From assembly GCF_002310835.1 (NCBI RefSeq), contig NZ_CP011041.1, forward strand, positions 840,001 through 872,000: a stretch of 32,000 nucleotides of DNA, given 5' to 3'. Positions within the stretch are counted from its first letter, which is position 1, and every line of letters begins with the position of its first letter. The position numbers and the translations under genes were made by a program. This stretch comes from Pseudoalteromonas tetraodonis. Its GTDB lineage: Bacteria; Pseudomonadota; Gammaproteobacteria; Enterobacterales; Alteromonadaceae. A model generated the notes under the pieces. The model did no database searches. It was given only the letters and a program-made list of their open reading frames with translations, and was not told the origin of the DNA. This document shows positions 8,373 to 17,260 of this stretch, in pieces.

Positions 8373-9092
8373 TTAGGTTAACCCATTATGGTAGTGTTTA
8401 TTTAAACTTTGCCAATCGTTTTCTTGCCAATGAAAGCTGCTATTGCGGCTTTGCTCTTTTAAAAATGAGCGCTGTAGGCGAGACATGTTGCTTTGTTGCC
8501 ATTTTTTATCGGGTGTTTTTATTTCGCCGCGGTCAAAATCGATAATAAAAACGTTGCCACTGTCATCAAATAAAATATTATTAATATTTAAATCAGCGTG
8601 ATACACCCCTTTATTATGAAATAACGCAATTGTGCTGGCTATTTTTTTTATTTCAATATCATTCAATGCGCGTTCAATCAGTATATCTAATACGCTTTTA
8701 GCGCCGCTAACTGCTTCAGTAATAATATCACCTCGGTAAATAAAACCATGGCGGCTCACTTTAGCGGCAATAGGTTTTGGTACATTTAAACCTAGCTCTA
8801 TTAATTGTGTCATCAAGCTAAACTCTTTATAAACACGGGTATGTTCAAGCCCCCAGTACAAATACTGATCACTGAGTAGCTTTCCTATCAGGCCGCCACG
8901 CCAATAATGGCGCAACACAGCCGTTAAATCTGCGTGTTTAAAAAACCATGCGGTTGCACGTCCCTTTTTAGCGCCAACAATTTTTTGCTGTTGCTGCCAA
9001 AAGTCGGGGCTAAACCAATCTAGCGATATCTGCGTGCTATATTGAGGATGGCTTAAAATGACATGGTTATTTTTGATGTGTTGATTAAACAT
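8373..9092 (-). CDS. kdkA: 3-deoxy-D-manno-octulosonic acid kinase
   Basis: 239 aa. Kinase catalytic and Mg loop 'GVYHADLNINNILFD....FIIDFDRG'. Size and motifs fit KdkA of Haemophilus and Vibrio, and the gene lies in the LPS core locus. Confidence 0.85.
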   Translation of the reverse strand: MFNQHIKNNHVILSHPQYSTQISLDWFSPDFWQQQQKIVGAKKGRATAWFFKHADLTAVLRHYWRGGLIGKLLSDQYLYWGLEHTRVYKEFSLMTQLIELGLNVPKPIAAKVSRHGFIYRGDIITEAVSGAKSVLDILIERALNDIEIKKIASTIALFHNKGVYHADLNINNILFDDSGNVFIIDFDRGEIKTPDKKWQQSNMSRLQRSFLKEQSRNSSFHWQENDWQSLNKHYHNGLT

Positions 9093-9170
9093 AGCTCATA
9101 GGATTCGCTTTAATATGTGCATATATTAACGTGTTTTCAGGCTAAGGATAAGTACTTGCAATGACGCGAT

Positions 9171-9176
9171 TATAAT
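9171..9176 (+). promoter_or_regulatory. Possible -10 hexamer (TATAAT) for the heptosyltransferase-gmhB unit
   Basis: A perfect TATAAT lies 40 nt upstream of the GTG start at 9216, within the divergent gap 9093-9215. The -35 is weak. Confidence 0.3.
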
Positions 9177-9215
9177 TTAAGATCAGGTTTTATTATTTTA
9201 CCTCCAAGGAAACGT

Positions 9216-10277
9216 GTGACTTCAGCGCCTACTTACACTTCAATTTGTATTTTACGTCTTTCTGCTATTGGTGATGTATGCCATGCAGTAAGTGCGGTAC
9301 AAGCTATTCAAAAAGCACACCCAAATGCCAAAATTACATGGGTGATAGGGAAGGTCGAGGCGAAGCTGTTAGCTGACTTACCAGGCGTTGAGCTTGTTGT
9401 ATTTGATAAAAAACAAGGTAAAGCGGCACTGAAACAGTTAAAGCAAACCTTTAAAGGGCAGTGTTTTGACGTACTGCTTAATATGCAAGTGGCTTTAAGA
9501 GCAGGTTTTGTTGCTCGCTGTATTCCTGCCAAAGTTAAAATTGGTTTTGACTGGGCTCGTTCAAAAGAGCTACATAGTTTATTTATTAATAAACGCATTA
9601 AAGCCCAATCTCAGGCGCATGTTTTAGAGGGATTTAAAGGCTTTGCCCAAGCGATTGGTGTTGATGATTATGTCCCTGTATGGAATATGCCCTTTACCAA
9701 CAAAGATCAAGCTAAAGCTGATGAGCTGTTAGGTGACGATTATTTATCAAATAAGCTATTTGTTATTTCGCCAGCAGCAAGTAAAGCACAGCGTAACTGG
9801 TTAGCCGAACGCTATGCTGCGCTTGCGGATTATGCACATACACAGGGGTTTAAAATAGTATTAACTGGTGGACCGACTGAACTGGAAATTAATTTAGCAA
9901 ATAACATCATTAAACACTCTGATTCACCCATTCTGAACTTGGTGGGTAAAACAAAACTCAAAGAATTATTGTGCGTACTTAAGCGTGCAGACTTAGTACT
10001 GGCACCTGACACTGGCCCAGCTCATATGGCGGTGACTGTGGGCACACCGGTTATTGGCTTATATGCGCATTCAAACCCAGCGCGAACGGGGCCTTATTTA
10101 TACCAAGACTACGTGGTTGAGGTTTACCATCAAAACTTAGTAAAGCAAACAGGTAAAATCGCCGAGCAATTGCCTTGGGGTACTCGTGTTAAAGGCGATG
10201 ATTTAATGAGTCAAATAACCACCGATGCAGTAAAAAAAATGTTTGATCATGTTGTTAAAAAAGAGTCGCTGTTATGA
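9216..10277 (+). CDS. ADP-heptose:LPS heptosyltransferase (GT9), WaaC-like
   Basis: 353 aa. 'ICILRLSAIGDVCHA' matches the GT9 N-terminal 'SS.GDV.H' motif. 'FDWARSKELHSLFINKR' parallels WaaC 'MDWQTAREPLASLFYNRK'. 'PDTGPAHMA' is also present. The GTG start is the only start codon upstream of the conserved N-terminus. Confidence 0.8.
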   Translation: MTSAPTYTSICILRLSAIGDVCHAVSAVQAIQKAHPNAKITWVIGKVEAKLLADLPGVELVVFDKKQGKAALKQLKQTFKGQCFDVLLNMQVALRAGFVARCIPAKVKIGFDWARSKELHSLFINKRIKAQSQAHVLEGFKGFAQAIGVDDYVPVWNMPFTNKDQAKADELLGDDYLSNKLFVISPAASKAQRNWLAERYAALADYAHTQGFKIVLTGGPTELEINLANNIIKHSDSPILNLVGKTKLKELLCVLKRADLVLAPDTGPAHMAVTVGTPVIGLYAHSNPARTGPYLYQDYVVEVYHQNLVKQTGKIAEQLPWGTRVKGDDLMSQITTDAVKKMFDHVVKKESLL

Positions 10278-10843
10278 ATCAAGAAAACACTAACAAGGCG
10301 CTTTTTTTAGATCGTGATGGCGTAGTAAATGTTGACCATGGTTATGTGTTTAAAAGCGAAGAGTTTGAATTTATAGACGGTGTGTTTTCAACATGCAAAG
10401 CGTTTTATGATGCGGGCTATAAAATAATTATAGTGACTAATCAGTCAGGCATTGGCCGTGGTTATTATTCTGAGAGCGAATTTTTAGCGCTTAGCGAGTG
10501 GATGAAAGCGCAGTTTAGCGCACATCAAATTGAAATTACGGACGTTTATTTTTGTCCTCATCATCCTAAAAACGCATTACCAGATTATTTAAAAGAGTGC
10601 GATTGCAGAAAACCAGCGCCTGGCATGTTACTTCAAGGAATAGAAGATCATCATATCAACCCTGCACTTAGTGTGATGGTGGGTGACAAATTAGGTGACA
10701 TGCACGCTGCCATTAGCGCTAATGTACGTACCAAAGTACTGGTACGTTCAGGGCAAAAATTTGATGACAAAGCTGTAAATTTTGCTGACTATGTTTGTGA
10801 CTCAATCAACGACCTTCCGGCTTTATTTGCTGATCTAACGTAG
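10274..10843 (+). CDS. gmhB: D-glycero-beta-D-manno-heptose-1,7-bisphosphate 7-phosphatase
   Basis: 189 aa with HAD-IIIA motifs 'LFLDRDGVVN', 'VTNQSGIGRG', the zinc site 'CPHHP....C.CRKPAPGM' and 'VGDKLGD'. The start overlaps the upstream stop (ATGA). Confidence 0.9.
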   Translation: MNQENTNKALFLDRDGVVNVDHGYVFKSEEFEFIDGVFSTCKAFYDAGYKIIIVTNQSGIGRGYYSESEFLALSEWMKAQFSAHQIEITDVYFCPHHPKNALPDYLKECDCRKPAPGMLLQGIEDHHINPALSVMVGDKLGDMHAAISANVRTKVLVRSGQKFDDKAVNFADYVCDSINDLPALFADLT

Positions 10844-10862
10844 TACACACCTCAAGCCTGTA

Positions 10863-10886
10863 AACTGGCAGCTTTTCCTGCCAGTT
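10863..10886 (+). terminator. Strong hairpin after gmhB (terminator-like, poor U-tract)
   Basis: 9-bp perfect stem AACTGGCAG / CTGCCAGTT around the loop CTTTTC, 20 nt after the gmhB stop. The downstream sequence AGGTAATTT is only weakly U-rich. Confidence 0.45.
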
Positions 10887-11006
10887 AGGTAATTTGCGAC
10901 GAATGACAAACAGTGCAATTTGGCGCTTAAACTTTTACAATACCTGCATTATAAATAGCAGCAACACGTCTGCTGTTTAACCCGTTCAACCAAATGGAGA
11001 TCACAG

Positions 11007-12203
11007 ATGAGAGCATCTGCTTTTTTTAGCCAATTACAACAGCAAATCGAAGACGTTAAAGCGGAAGGTTTGTACAAGAATGAACGTGTTATCACTTCGC
11101 AGCAGCAAGCTCAAATTGAAGTGGCATCAGGCGAAAAAGTTATTAATTTTTGTGCTAACAACTACTTAGGTTTAGCTAACAGCCCAGAGCTTATTAAAGC
11201 GGCGCAACAAGGCTTAGATGACCATGGGTTTGGTGTGGCGTCTGTGCGTTTCATTTGTGGTACACAAGATATTCATAAAACGCTCGAGAAAAAAATCAGT
11301 CAATTTTTAGAAACTGAAGACACCATTTTGTACTCATCATGTTTTGATGCCAATACGGGGTTGTTTGAAACCATATTAGGTGCAGACGATGCGATTATTT
11401 CTGATTCATTAAACCATGCTTCTATTATTGATGGCGTACGTTTATGTAAAGCAAAACGTTTCCGTTATGCAAATAACGATATGGCTGATTTAGAAAAGCA
11501 ATTAATTGCAGCCGATGAAGCCGGTGCTAAAACTAAATTAATTGCAACCGATGGCGTGTTCTCAATGGATGGCGTTATTTGTAACTTAGAAGCCGTATGC
11601 GACTTAGCTGATAAATACGATGCACTTGTTATGGTTGATGACTCACATGCTGTTGGTTTTGTTGGCGAAAACGGTAAAGGTACACCTGAGTACTGCAACG
11701 TGATTGATCGTGTTGATATTATTACTGGTACCTTAGGTAAAGCACTAGGTGGAGCCTCGGGTGGTTATACCTCAGGTAAAAAAGAAATTGTTGAATGGTT
11801 ACGTCAGCGTTCTCGTCCTTACTTATTCTCAAATTCGTTAGCGCCTTCAATTGTAACGGCGTCAATTAAAGTGTTAGAAATGCTTGAAAATGGCGGTGAG
11901 CTTCGCGCTAAGCTATGGTCAAATGCTAAATACTTCCGTGAGCAAATGGAAGCGGCTGGTTTTACCTGTGCAGGTAAAGATCATGCGATTATTCCTGTGA
12001 TGCTAGGAGACGCCAAAGTAGCGTCACTTATGGCTGATAAGTTATTGGCTGAAGGGATTTATGTAACCGGCTTTTCATTCCCTGTTGTACCAAAAGGGCA
12101 GGCGCGTATTCGTACCCAAATCTCTGCAGCGCACAGCAAAGAACAGCTTGATACAGCCATTGCAGCATTTACCCGTATTGGTAAAGAGATTGGTGTTATT
12201 TAA
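11007..12203 (+). CDS. kbl: Glycine C-acetyltransferase (2-amino-3-ketobutyrate CoA ligase)
   Basis: 398 aa, identical in length to E. coli Kbl. PLP-lysine region '[14 protein letters not shown]', plus 'FSMDG' and 'DDSHAVG'. GGAGA ribosome-binding site 7 nt upstream. Confidence 0.95.
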   Translation: MRASAFFSQLQQQIEDVKAEGLYKNERVITSQQQAQIEVASGEKVINFCANNYLGLANSPELIKAAQQGLDDHGFGVASVRFICGTQDIHKTLEKKISQFLETEDTILYSSCFDANTGLFETILGADDAIISDSLNHASIIDGVRLCKAKRFRYANNDMADLEKQLIAADEAGAKTKLIATDGVFSMDGVICNLEAVCDLADKYDALVMVDDSHAVGFVGENGKGTPEYCNVIDRVDIITGTLGKALGGASGGYTSGKKEIVEWLRQRSRPYLFSNSLAPSIVTASIKVLEMLENGGELRAKLWSNAKYFREQMEAAGFTCAGKDHAIIPVMLGDAKVASLMADKLLAEGIYVTGFSFPVVPKGQARIRTQISAAHSKEQLDTAIAAFTRIGKEIGVI

Positions 12204-12214
12204 TTTTCTTGTTA

Positions 12215-12240
12215 AATCGCGGCTAAAGTCGCGATTTTTT
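12215..12240 (+). terminator. Intercistronic terminator/attenuator-like hairpin between kbl and tdh
   Basis: Stem AATCGCG (12215-12221) pairs with CGCGATT (12230-12236) around an 8-nt loop, followed by a T6 run at 12235-12240. It starts 12 nt after the kbl stop and ends 16 nt before the tdh ATG. Confidence 0.55.
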
Positions 12241-12255
12241 AATTGAGTGTGAATT

Positions 12256-13281
12256 ATGAAAGCATTATCAAAGTTAAAAGCAGAGCCAGGCATTTGGATG
12301 ACAGATGCACCAAAGCCTGAAGTGGGTCATAACGATCTGTTAATTAAGATTCGTAAAACGGCTATTTGTGGCACCGATGTGCATATTTATAAGTGGGATG
12401 AGTGGGCACAAAACACCATACCGACGCCTATGGTGGTTGGCCACGAATACGTGGGTGAAGTAATCGACATGGGACAAGAAGTTCGCGGTTTCGAAGTTGG
12501 CGACCGTGTATCAGGTGAAGGTCATATAACCTGTGGCCATTGTCGTAACTGTCGTGCTGGGCGCGTTCACTTATGTCGTAATACAACAGGGGTCGGTGTA
12601 AACCGCGAAGGCGCATTTGCAGAGTATTTAGTGATTCCTGCATTTAATGCGTTTAAAATCCCAGATAATATTAGCGATGAACTTGCCTCTATTTTTGACC
12701 CATTTGGCAATGCAGTACACACGGCTTTATCGTTCGATTTAGTCGGTGAAGATGTCTTGATCACCGGTGCTGGCCCAATTGGTATTATGGCTGCAGCTGT
12801 GGCTAAGCATGTGGGTGCACGCCATGTGGTTATTACTGATGTAAATGAATACCGCCTAGACTTAGCACGTAAAATGGGCGCAACGCGTGCTGTAAACGTC
12901 GCGAATGAAAAGCTTGAAGATGTAGCTAAAGAGCTGGGCATGACTGAAGGCTTTGATATTGGCCTAGAGATGTCAGGTGTACCAAGTGCATTTAATGCCA
13001 TGCTAAATAACATGAATCATGGCGGCAAAATTGCCATGTTGGGAATTCCACCTTCAGATATGGCGGTCGATTGGAATCAAGTTATTTTTAAAGGCTTAGT
13101 GATCAAAGGTATTTACGGTCGTGAGATGTTTGAAACTTGGTACAAAATGGCCAGTTTGATTCAATCAGGGCTTGATTTAAAACCAATTATTACTCATCAG
13201 TATTCAATAGATGACTTCCAAGCTGGCTTTGATATGATGATTTCAGGCCAATCGGGTAAAGTAATTCTTAACTGGGATTAA
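12256..13281 (+). CDS. tdh: L-threonine 3-dehydrogenase (Zn-dependent)
   Basis: 341 aa, the same length as E. coli Tdh. Carries 'GHEYVGEV', the structural-zinc region '[10 protein letters not shown]' and the NAD fold 'ITGAGPIG'. Confidence 0.95.
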   Translation: MKALSKLKAEPGIWMTDAPKPEVGHNDLLIKIRKTAICGTDVHIYKWDEWAQNTIPTPMVVGHEYVGEVIDMGQEVRGFEVGDRVSGEGHITCGHCRNCRAGRVHLCRNTTGVGVNREGAFAEYLVIPAFNAFKIPDNISDELASIFDPFGNAVHTALSFDLVGEDVLITGAGPIGIMAAAVAKHVGARHVVITDVNEYRLDLARKMGATRAVNVANEKLEDVAKELGMTEGFDIGLEMSGVPSAFNAMLNNMNHGGKIAMLGIPPSDMAVDWNQVIFKGLVIKGIYGREMFETWYKMASLIQSGLDLKPIITHQYSIDDFQAGFDMMISGQSGKVILNWD

Positions 13282-13302
13282 TTACCCCTTGTTAAGAGAA
13301 TT

Positions 13303-13327
13303 AAAGGCGGCATTTGTCGCCTTTTTT
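13303..13327 (+). terminator. Rho-independent terminator after tdh
   Basis: AAAGGCG (13303-13309) pairs with CGCCTTT (13318-13324), followed by a T-run at 13322-13327. It starts 22 nt after the tdh stop. Confidence 0.75.
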
Positions 13328-13346
13328 GTAATTATAAGAGAGTACT

Positions 13347-13664
13347 ATGGCATTTAAACATATATCAATCGCACAAACCCTTGAACTACTCGATAAAGAA
13401 GATGTAGTGATTGCTGATATTCGCGATCCTAATTCGTATCAAGCGGGTCATATTCCGGGTTCAGAGGCATTATCTAATGCGAATATTGCCCAATTTATGA
13501 TGGAAAAGGAGTTTGACCAGCCGATTATTATTGTCTGTTATCACGGCATGAGCTCACAAGGCGCTGCCAGCTACTTAGTAGAGCAAGGCTTTGAAGATGT
13601 TTACAGTATGGATGGCGGTTTTACTGCATGGGAAGCCGCTTACAAGGATAAAGTAGCACGATGA
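13347..13664 (+). CDS. glpE: Thiosulfate sulfurtransferase (single-domain rhodanese)
   Basis: 105 aa with the active-site loop 'VCYHGMSSQGAA' (E. coli GlpE has CYHGNSS). It is followed by glpG, as in enterobacteria. Confidence 0.88.
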   Translation: MAFKHISIAQTLELLDKEDVVIADIRDPNSYQAGHIPGSEALSNANIAQFMMEKEFDQPIIIVCYHGMSSQGAASYLVEQGFEDVYSMDGGFTAWEAAYKDKVAR

Positions 13665-14482
13665 TAGAGCTAGGCAGCCTAACTAACCCCCGTGCTGCAC
13701 AGGGCTTTATAGATTACCTAAAAAGCCAAGGGCTTTCAGGGCAAATTCGTACTGAGGATGGCCATACGCTTGTTATTAGTGTGGCACCTGAAGACTTTCA
13801 TGCAGTGCAGCCTTTATGGAACGAATTTGCTAAAAACCCTAATCATGAACGTTATCAACAAGCATCATGGCAAGTAGGTACTACGCAGTCACCGTTAAAG
13901 TATCAAGGGCAGTCGCTTAATTTAGTTGCCCGTTTTAAAGCCTTAAGCTGGCTTAATCAAAGTGTTAGTATTCTCAGTATCGTTGTTTATGTTGCCTTTT
14001 TATTTGGTGCATTTGAGCCTATTTACATGGCGTTGCAGTTCAATCCTGCGTCACCACTTACCTGGTTAACACCTGCTATTGTGCATTTTAGCGCTATGCA
14101 TATTGTGTTTAACTTAATCTGGTGGGTATCGCTGGGTGATAACATTGAAAAGCAATGCGGTAAGTCGAGTTTAATCGGACTTTTTTTAGTTACCGCTTTA
14201 ATAAGTAATTGGGCACAATACTTAATGGTCGGTCCTAACTTTGGTGGGCTTAGCGGTGTTGTATATGGGTTGTTAGGCTTTTGTTGGATTTACAGCGCGC
14301 TTAACCCTAAACAGCCTGCACTGGTTACAACCGCGATTGTTGGTTTTATGCTGGTATGGTTAGTACTTGGTTTTGCAGATGTATTATTTGTTGGAATGGC
14401 TAATTGGGCACACTTAGGTGGGCTTGTTAGCGGTATGGCTTTTGCCTATACCGCTCAGCTTTTTAAAACAAAAAGCGCCTAG
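13661..14482 (+). CDS. glpG: Rhomboid intramembrane serine protease
   Basis: 273 aa with an N-terminal cytoplasmic domain and six predicted TM segments. Catalytic Ser motif 'GGLSGVVYGL' and catalytic His motif 'AHLGGLVSG'. ATGA overlap with glpE. Confidence 0.9.
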   Translation: MIELGSLTNPRAAQGFIDYLKSQGLSGQIRTEDGHTLVISVAPEDFHAVQPLWNEFAKNPNHERYQQASWQVGTTQSPLKYQGQSLNLVARFKALSWLNQSVSILSIVVYVAFLFGAFEPIYMALQFNPASPLTWLTPAIVHFSAMHIVFNLIWWVSLGDNIEKQCGKSSLIGLFLVTALISNWAQYLMVGPNFGGLSGVVYGLLGFCWIYSALNPKQPALVTTAIVGFMLVWLVLGFADVLFVGMANWAHLGGLVSGMAFAYTAQLFKTKSA

Positions 14483-14877
14483 TGATATAAATATTTAGTA
14501 AATAACAGGTCTCGGATTATTTCTTGGCCTGTTTCTTCCTTAAGTAAGCTTTTTAGTTTTTCTGCGCTCTTAAGGCGAATTTGCTCACGCCCTGTTAAAG
14601 ACTTTATTTTGTTTTCAGGCTCTTTTGATAATATCTCTACTAGCGCATCACGTAACAGCGGGGTGTGGTGTTCTACAATGGCAATATCGGATGTTTTATT
14701 TAGCATTAAATCTACCGTGACGCGAACGTAACCCATTTTTTTACTCGATGGACCAATGTAATTAGTAATAATGTCTGGCTCAAACCCAAAATAACCCACA
14801 GTAGACTCAGCACGTGCTGATAAGCTAGTTAGGCTGACTAAAAGAATAAAAAGGCCTGTAAATACTGTTTTTTTCAT
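14479..14877 (-). CDS. FliL-like protein with a cleavable-looking signal peptide (orphan, outside any flagellar locus)
   Basis: 132 aa. N-terminus MKKTVFTGLFILLVSLTSLSARA-ES. The body follows the FliL pattern, including 'Y..FEP.I.TN', 'P.LRDAL..ILS', 'L.GRE.IR' and the C-terminal 'RDLLFTKYLY'. Identification is by pattern only. Confidence 0.5.
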   Translation of the reverse strand: MKKTVFTGLFILLVSLTSLSARAESTVGYFGFEPDIITNYIGPSSKKMGYVRVTVDLMLNKTSDIAIVEHHTPLLRDALVEILSKEPENKIKSLTGREQIRLKSAEKLKSLLKEETGQEIIRDLLFTKYLYH

Positions 14878-15127
14878 TTCAAAAGCATTTCCGTAAACTG
14901 GTTACAAATAGTTTATACTTATTAGTAAATAAGATACAGCAAGATGCTGTTATTTGTTGAGTTATGTAAAGGCACTCTGTACTCAAGTTTGGGATAGGCA
15001 ATAGCGAGAGTCAAATGTTGATTAGCTTTTTATAATAACAGGGTGTGCTTGGTAGTGAGTAAATCGCCCTTTTTCAAATCTCTTAGCAATGTTATGATCT
15101 TGCTGATTTTTATCAAGTAGAGCTATT

Positions 15128-15673
15128 GTGATTACGTTTCCTCTTTCTTTATCTGCTGATTGGCAGAGTACTTCTCAAGTCTGTGGCTTATCTAGCGCTG
15201 AGCAAGAGTGGCTATTTGAACCGCGTTCTTTAACGGCTAAATTAAAAAGCCAGTCGCAGCGTTTTGCAGTAAAGGTGCTGAGCGAGCAAAAAGTTAACCT
15301 CTCGCAACCTCAGCAAGCTTTATTAAGTAATGAGGTGAACACCGTACTTAACCGTGAGGTTTTATTGTTGTGTGATGACAAACCGGTTGTATATGCTCAA
15401 AGCTGGTTGCCAATATCAAACAACAATACAAATAATCAGCTGCATAATATGGGTGAACGTCCGTTGGGTGATGTCATATTTCAAGACCCTGCGTTAAAGC
15501 GCGCTGATATTGAAATTGCTCGCTTTGATGATAACCACTCATTGCAATCACTGGTGAGCGAACTTAATTTACCCATACACATATTATTAGGGCGACGAAG
15601 CGTGTTCTCTTTGCATGACTACAAATTTTTAGTTTGTGAAGTTTTTTTACCAGGAGCCTATTTATACTCATGA
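15128..15673 (+). CDS. ubiC: Chorismate pyruvate-lyase
   Basis: 181 aa with '[12 protein letters not shown]', '[18 protein letters not shown]', 'PLG' and 'RRSVF....L.V.EVFLP'. It sits immediately upstream of ubiA, overlapping it by ATGA. GTG start. Confidence 0.85.
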   Translation: MITFPLSLSADWQSTSQVCGLSSAEQEWLFEPRSLTAKLKSQSQRFAVKVLSEQKVNLSQPQQALLSNEVNTVLNREVLLLCDDKPVVYAQSWLPISNNNTNNQLHNMGERPLGDVIFQDPALKRADIEIARFDDNHSLQSLVSELNLPIHILLGRRSVFSLHDYKFLVCEVFLPGAYLYS

Positions 15674-16548
15674 AACTAGCCCCTTTATCAGTAAACCATG
15701 TACCGTATTACGTTCAGTTAATGCGAATAGATAAGCCCATAGGCACCTTATTATTACTTTGGCCAACTTATTGGGCGCTGTGGATAGCAAATGAAGGGAT
15801 ACCAAGCCTAACAAACTTCATTGTGTTTACCCTTGGGGTAATAGTTATGCGTAGCGCAGGATGCGTTATCAATGATTTTGCTGACAGGAAAATAGATGGC
15901 TCAGTAAAACGAACCTGTCAGCGCCCTTTAGCAACTGGGGCTGTGAGTAGTGGGGAAGCAGTTAGTTTGTTTTTGCTGCTGGTTAGTATCGCTTTTATTT
16001 TAGTAATAATGCTAAATACCAATACTATCTTGTTATCGTTTGGGGCGCTTGGGCTCGCGTTTTGTTATCCCTTTATGAAACGTTACACACAACTTCCACA
16101 GGTTGTATTAGGGGCTGCTTTTGGTTGGGCAATTCCTATGGCATTTATGGCATCAACAAACTCATTGCCTGTGCAAGCTTGGCTATTATTTGTCGCTAAT
16201 ATTTGCTGGACGGTGGCTTATGACACTATGTATGCCATGGTTGATAGAGATGATGATTTAAAAATAGGGGTTAAATCAACCGCTATTTTATTCGCCAGTT
16301 ATGACCGCCACATTATAGCGCTACTTAACTTTAGCTTTTTTGCGCTGATGGTTTTAATTGGATTGATGAATCAAATAGGATTTAGTTTTTGGTTGGGATT
16401 ATTTGTTGCAGCAATTTTACTGGTGTATCAACAGCGTTTGATTCATTTACGCCAGCGAGATAATTGTTTTAAAGCATTTTTAAATAATCATTACGTAGGA
16501 CTGGCTATTTTTATTGGCTTATTATTTTCTTACCCCGTTTTTTCTTAA
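15670..16548 (+). CDS. ubiA: 4-hydroxybenzoate octaprenyltransferase
   Basis: 292 aa polytopic membrane protein. The two Asp-rich motifs are '[10 protein letters not shown]' and '[13 protein letters not shown]'. Confidence 0.93.
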   Translation: MKLAPLSVNHVPYYVQLMRIDKPIGTLLLLWPTYWALWIANEGIPSLTNFIVFTLGVIVMRSAGCVINDFADRKIDGSVKRTCQRPLATGAVSSGEAVSLFLLLVSIAFILVIMLNTNTILLSFGALGLAFCYPFMKRYTQLPQVVLGAAFGWAIPMAFMASTNSLPVQAWLLFVANICWTVAYDTMYAMVDRDDDLKIGVKSTAILFASYDRHIIALLNFSFFALMVLIGLMNQIGFSFWLGLFVAAILLVYQQRLIHLRQRDNCFKAFLNNHYVGLAIFIGLLFSYPVFS

Positions 16549-17165
16549 CGGGGTGGGTCGATAATACCACTAATTGACGCATTTTTTCTGAACCAACCAG
16601 CAATCGAATAGCGGTTATCAAAAGCCGGAAGTACTTCATGCACAAAGCGTTCGCTTTCAAATAATACCAAAGTGCCTGCAGTGGGTTTTATAACCACTTC
16701 TATATCTTTACTTTTTGGCTTGTAAATAACCAGCTCCCCGCCTTTCTTAGGAGAGTTTAAATACAATACGGTGGTAAAAACTCGATTTGAACGACCTTTG
16801 AACGCATCTACATGTTTTTTGTAAAAATCACCCTGCGTATACTTTGCATAGTGACATTCATAATCAAACAAGCCCATGAAAAAGTTACGATTAAGGGTAG
16901 TGCGAACAGCTTCCATTATTTGTTGATAGCTAAGCTGTGCATTTGAGCTGCCATCAAACCAGTAGGTTTTATCTTTACGAACGGAATCATCAATTTGTAA
17001 ATTGTTTAATCGTCCAATACCGGCAAGGCTAAAGTGAGGATTTATTCTATAGCAATCAGCCATCAACTCGGATATTAAGTCACTATCAATGGCGTTTTCA
17101 ATAATGGCATAGCCATGCGTTTCAATGTGCTCTAGGTAAATTTCAGCAGCTGTAAAGTTATTCAT
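16545..17165 (-). CDS. 2OG-Fe(II) oxygenase (prolyl-4-hydroxylase-like, P4Hc type), substrate unknown
   Basis: 206 aa with a facial triad consistent with 'KKHVDAF' (H-x-D) and 'RFVHEV' (distal His), followed by 'RYSIAGWF' (2OG-binding Arg region). Confidence 0.7.
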   Translation of the reverse strand: MNNFTAAEIYLEHIETHGYAIIENAIDSDLISELMADCYRINPHFSLAGIGRLNNLQIDDSVRKDKTYWFDGSSNAQLSYQQIMEAVRTTLNRNFFMGLFDYECHYAKYTQGDFYKKHVDAFKGRSNRVFTTVLYLNSPKKGGELVIYKPKSKDIEVVIKPTAGTLVLFESERFVHEVLPAFDNRYSIAGWFRKNASISGIIDPPR

Positions 17166-17260
17166 TAACGCTAGTCATAATATAAGGGAGCGTTAGTGTA
17201 GTGAAAAAAAACTTTAATGCCACTAATTTATAGTTGTTATAAAACGCATGGAGTCATTTT

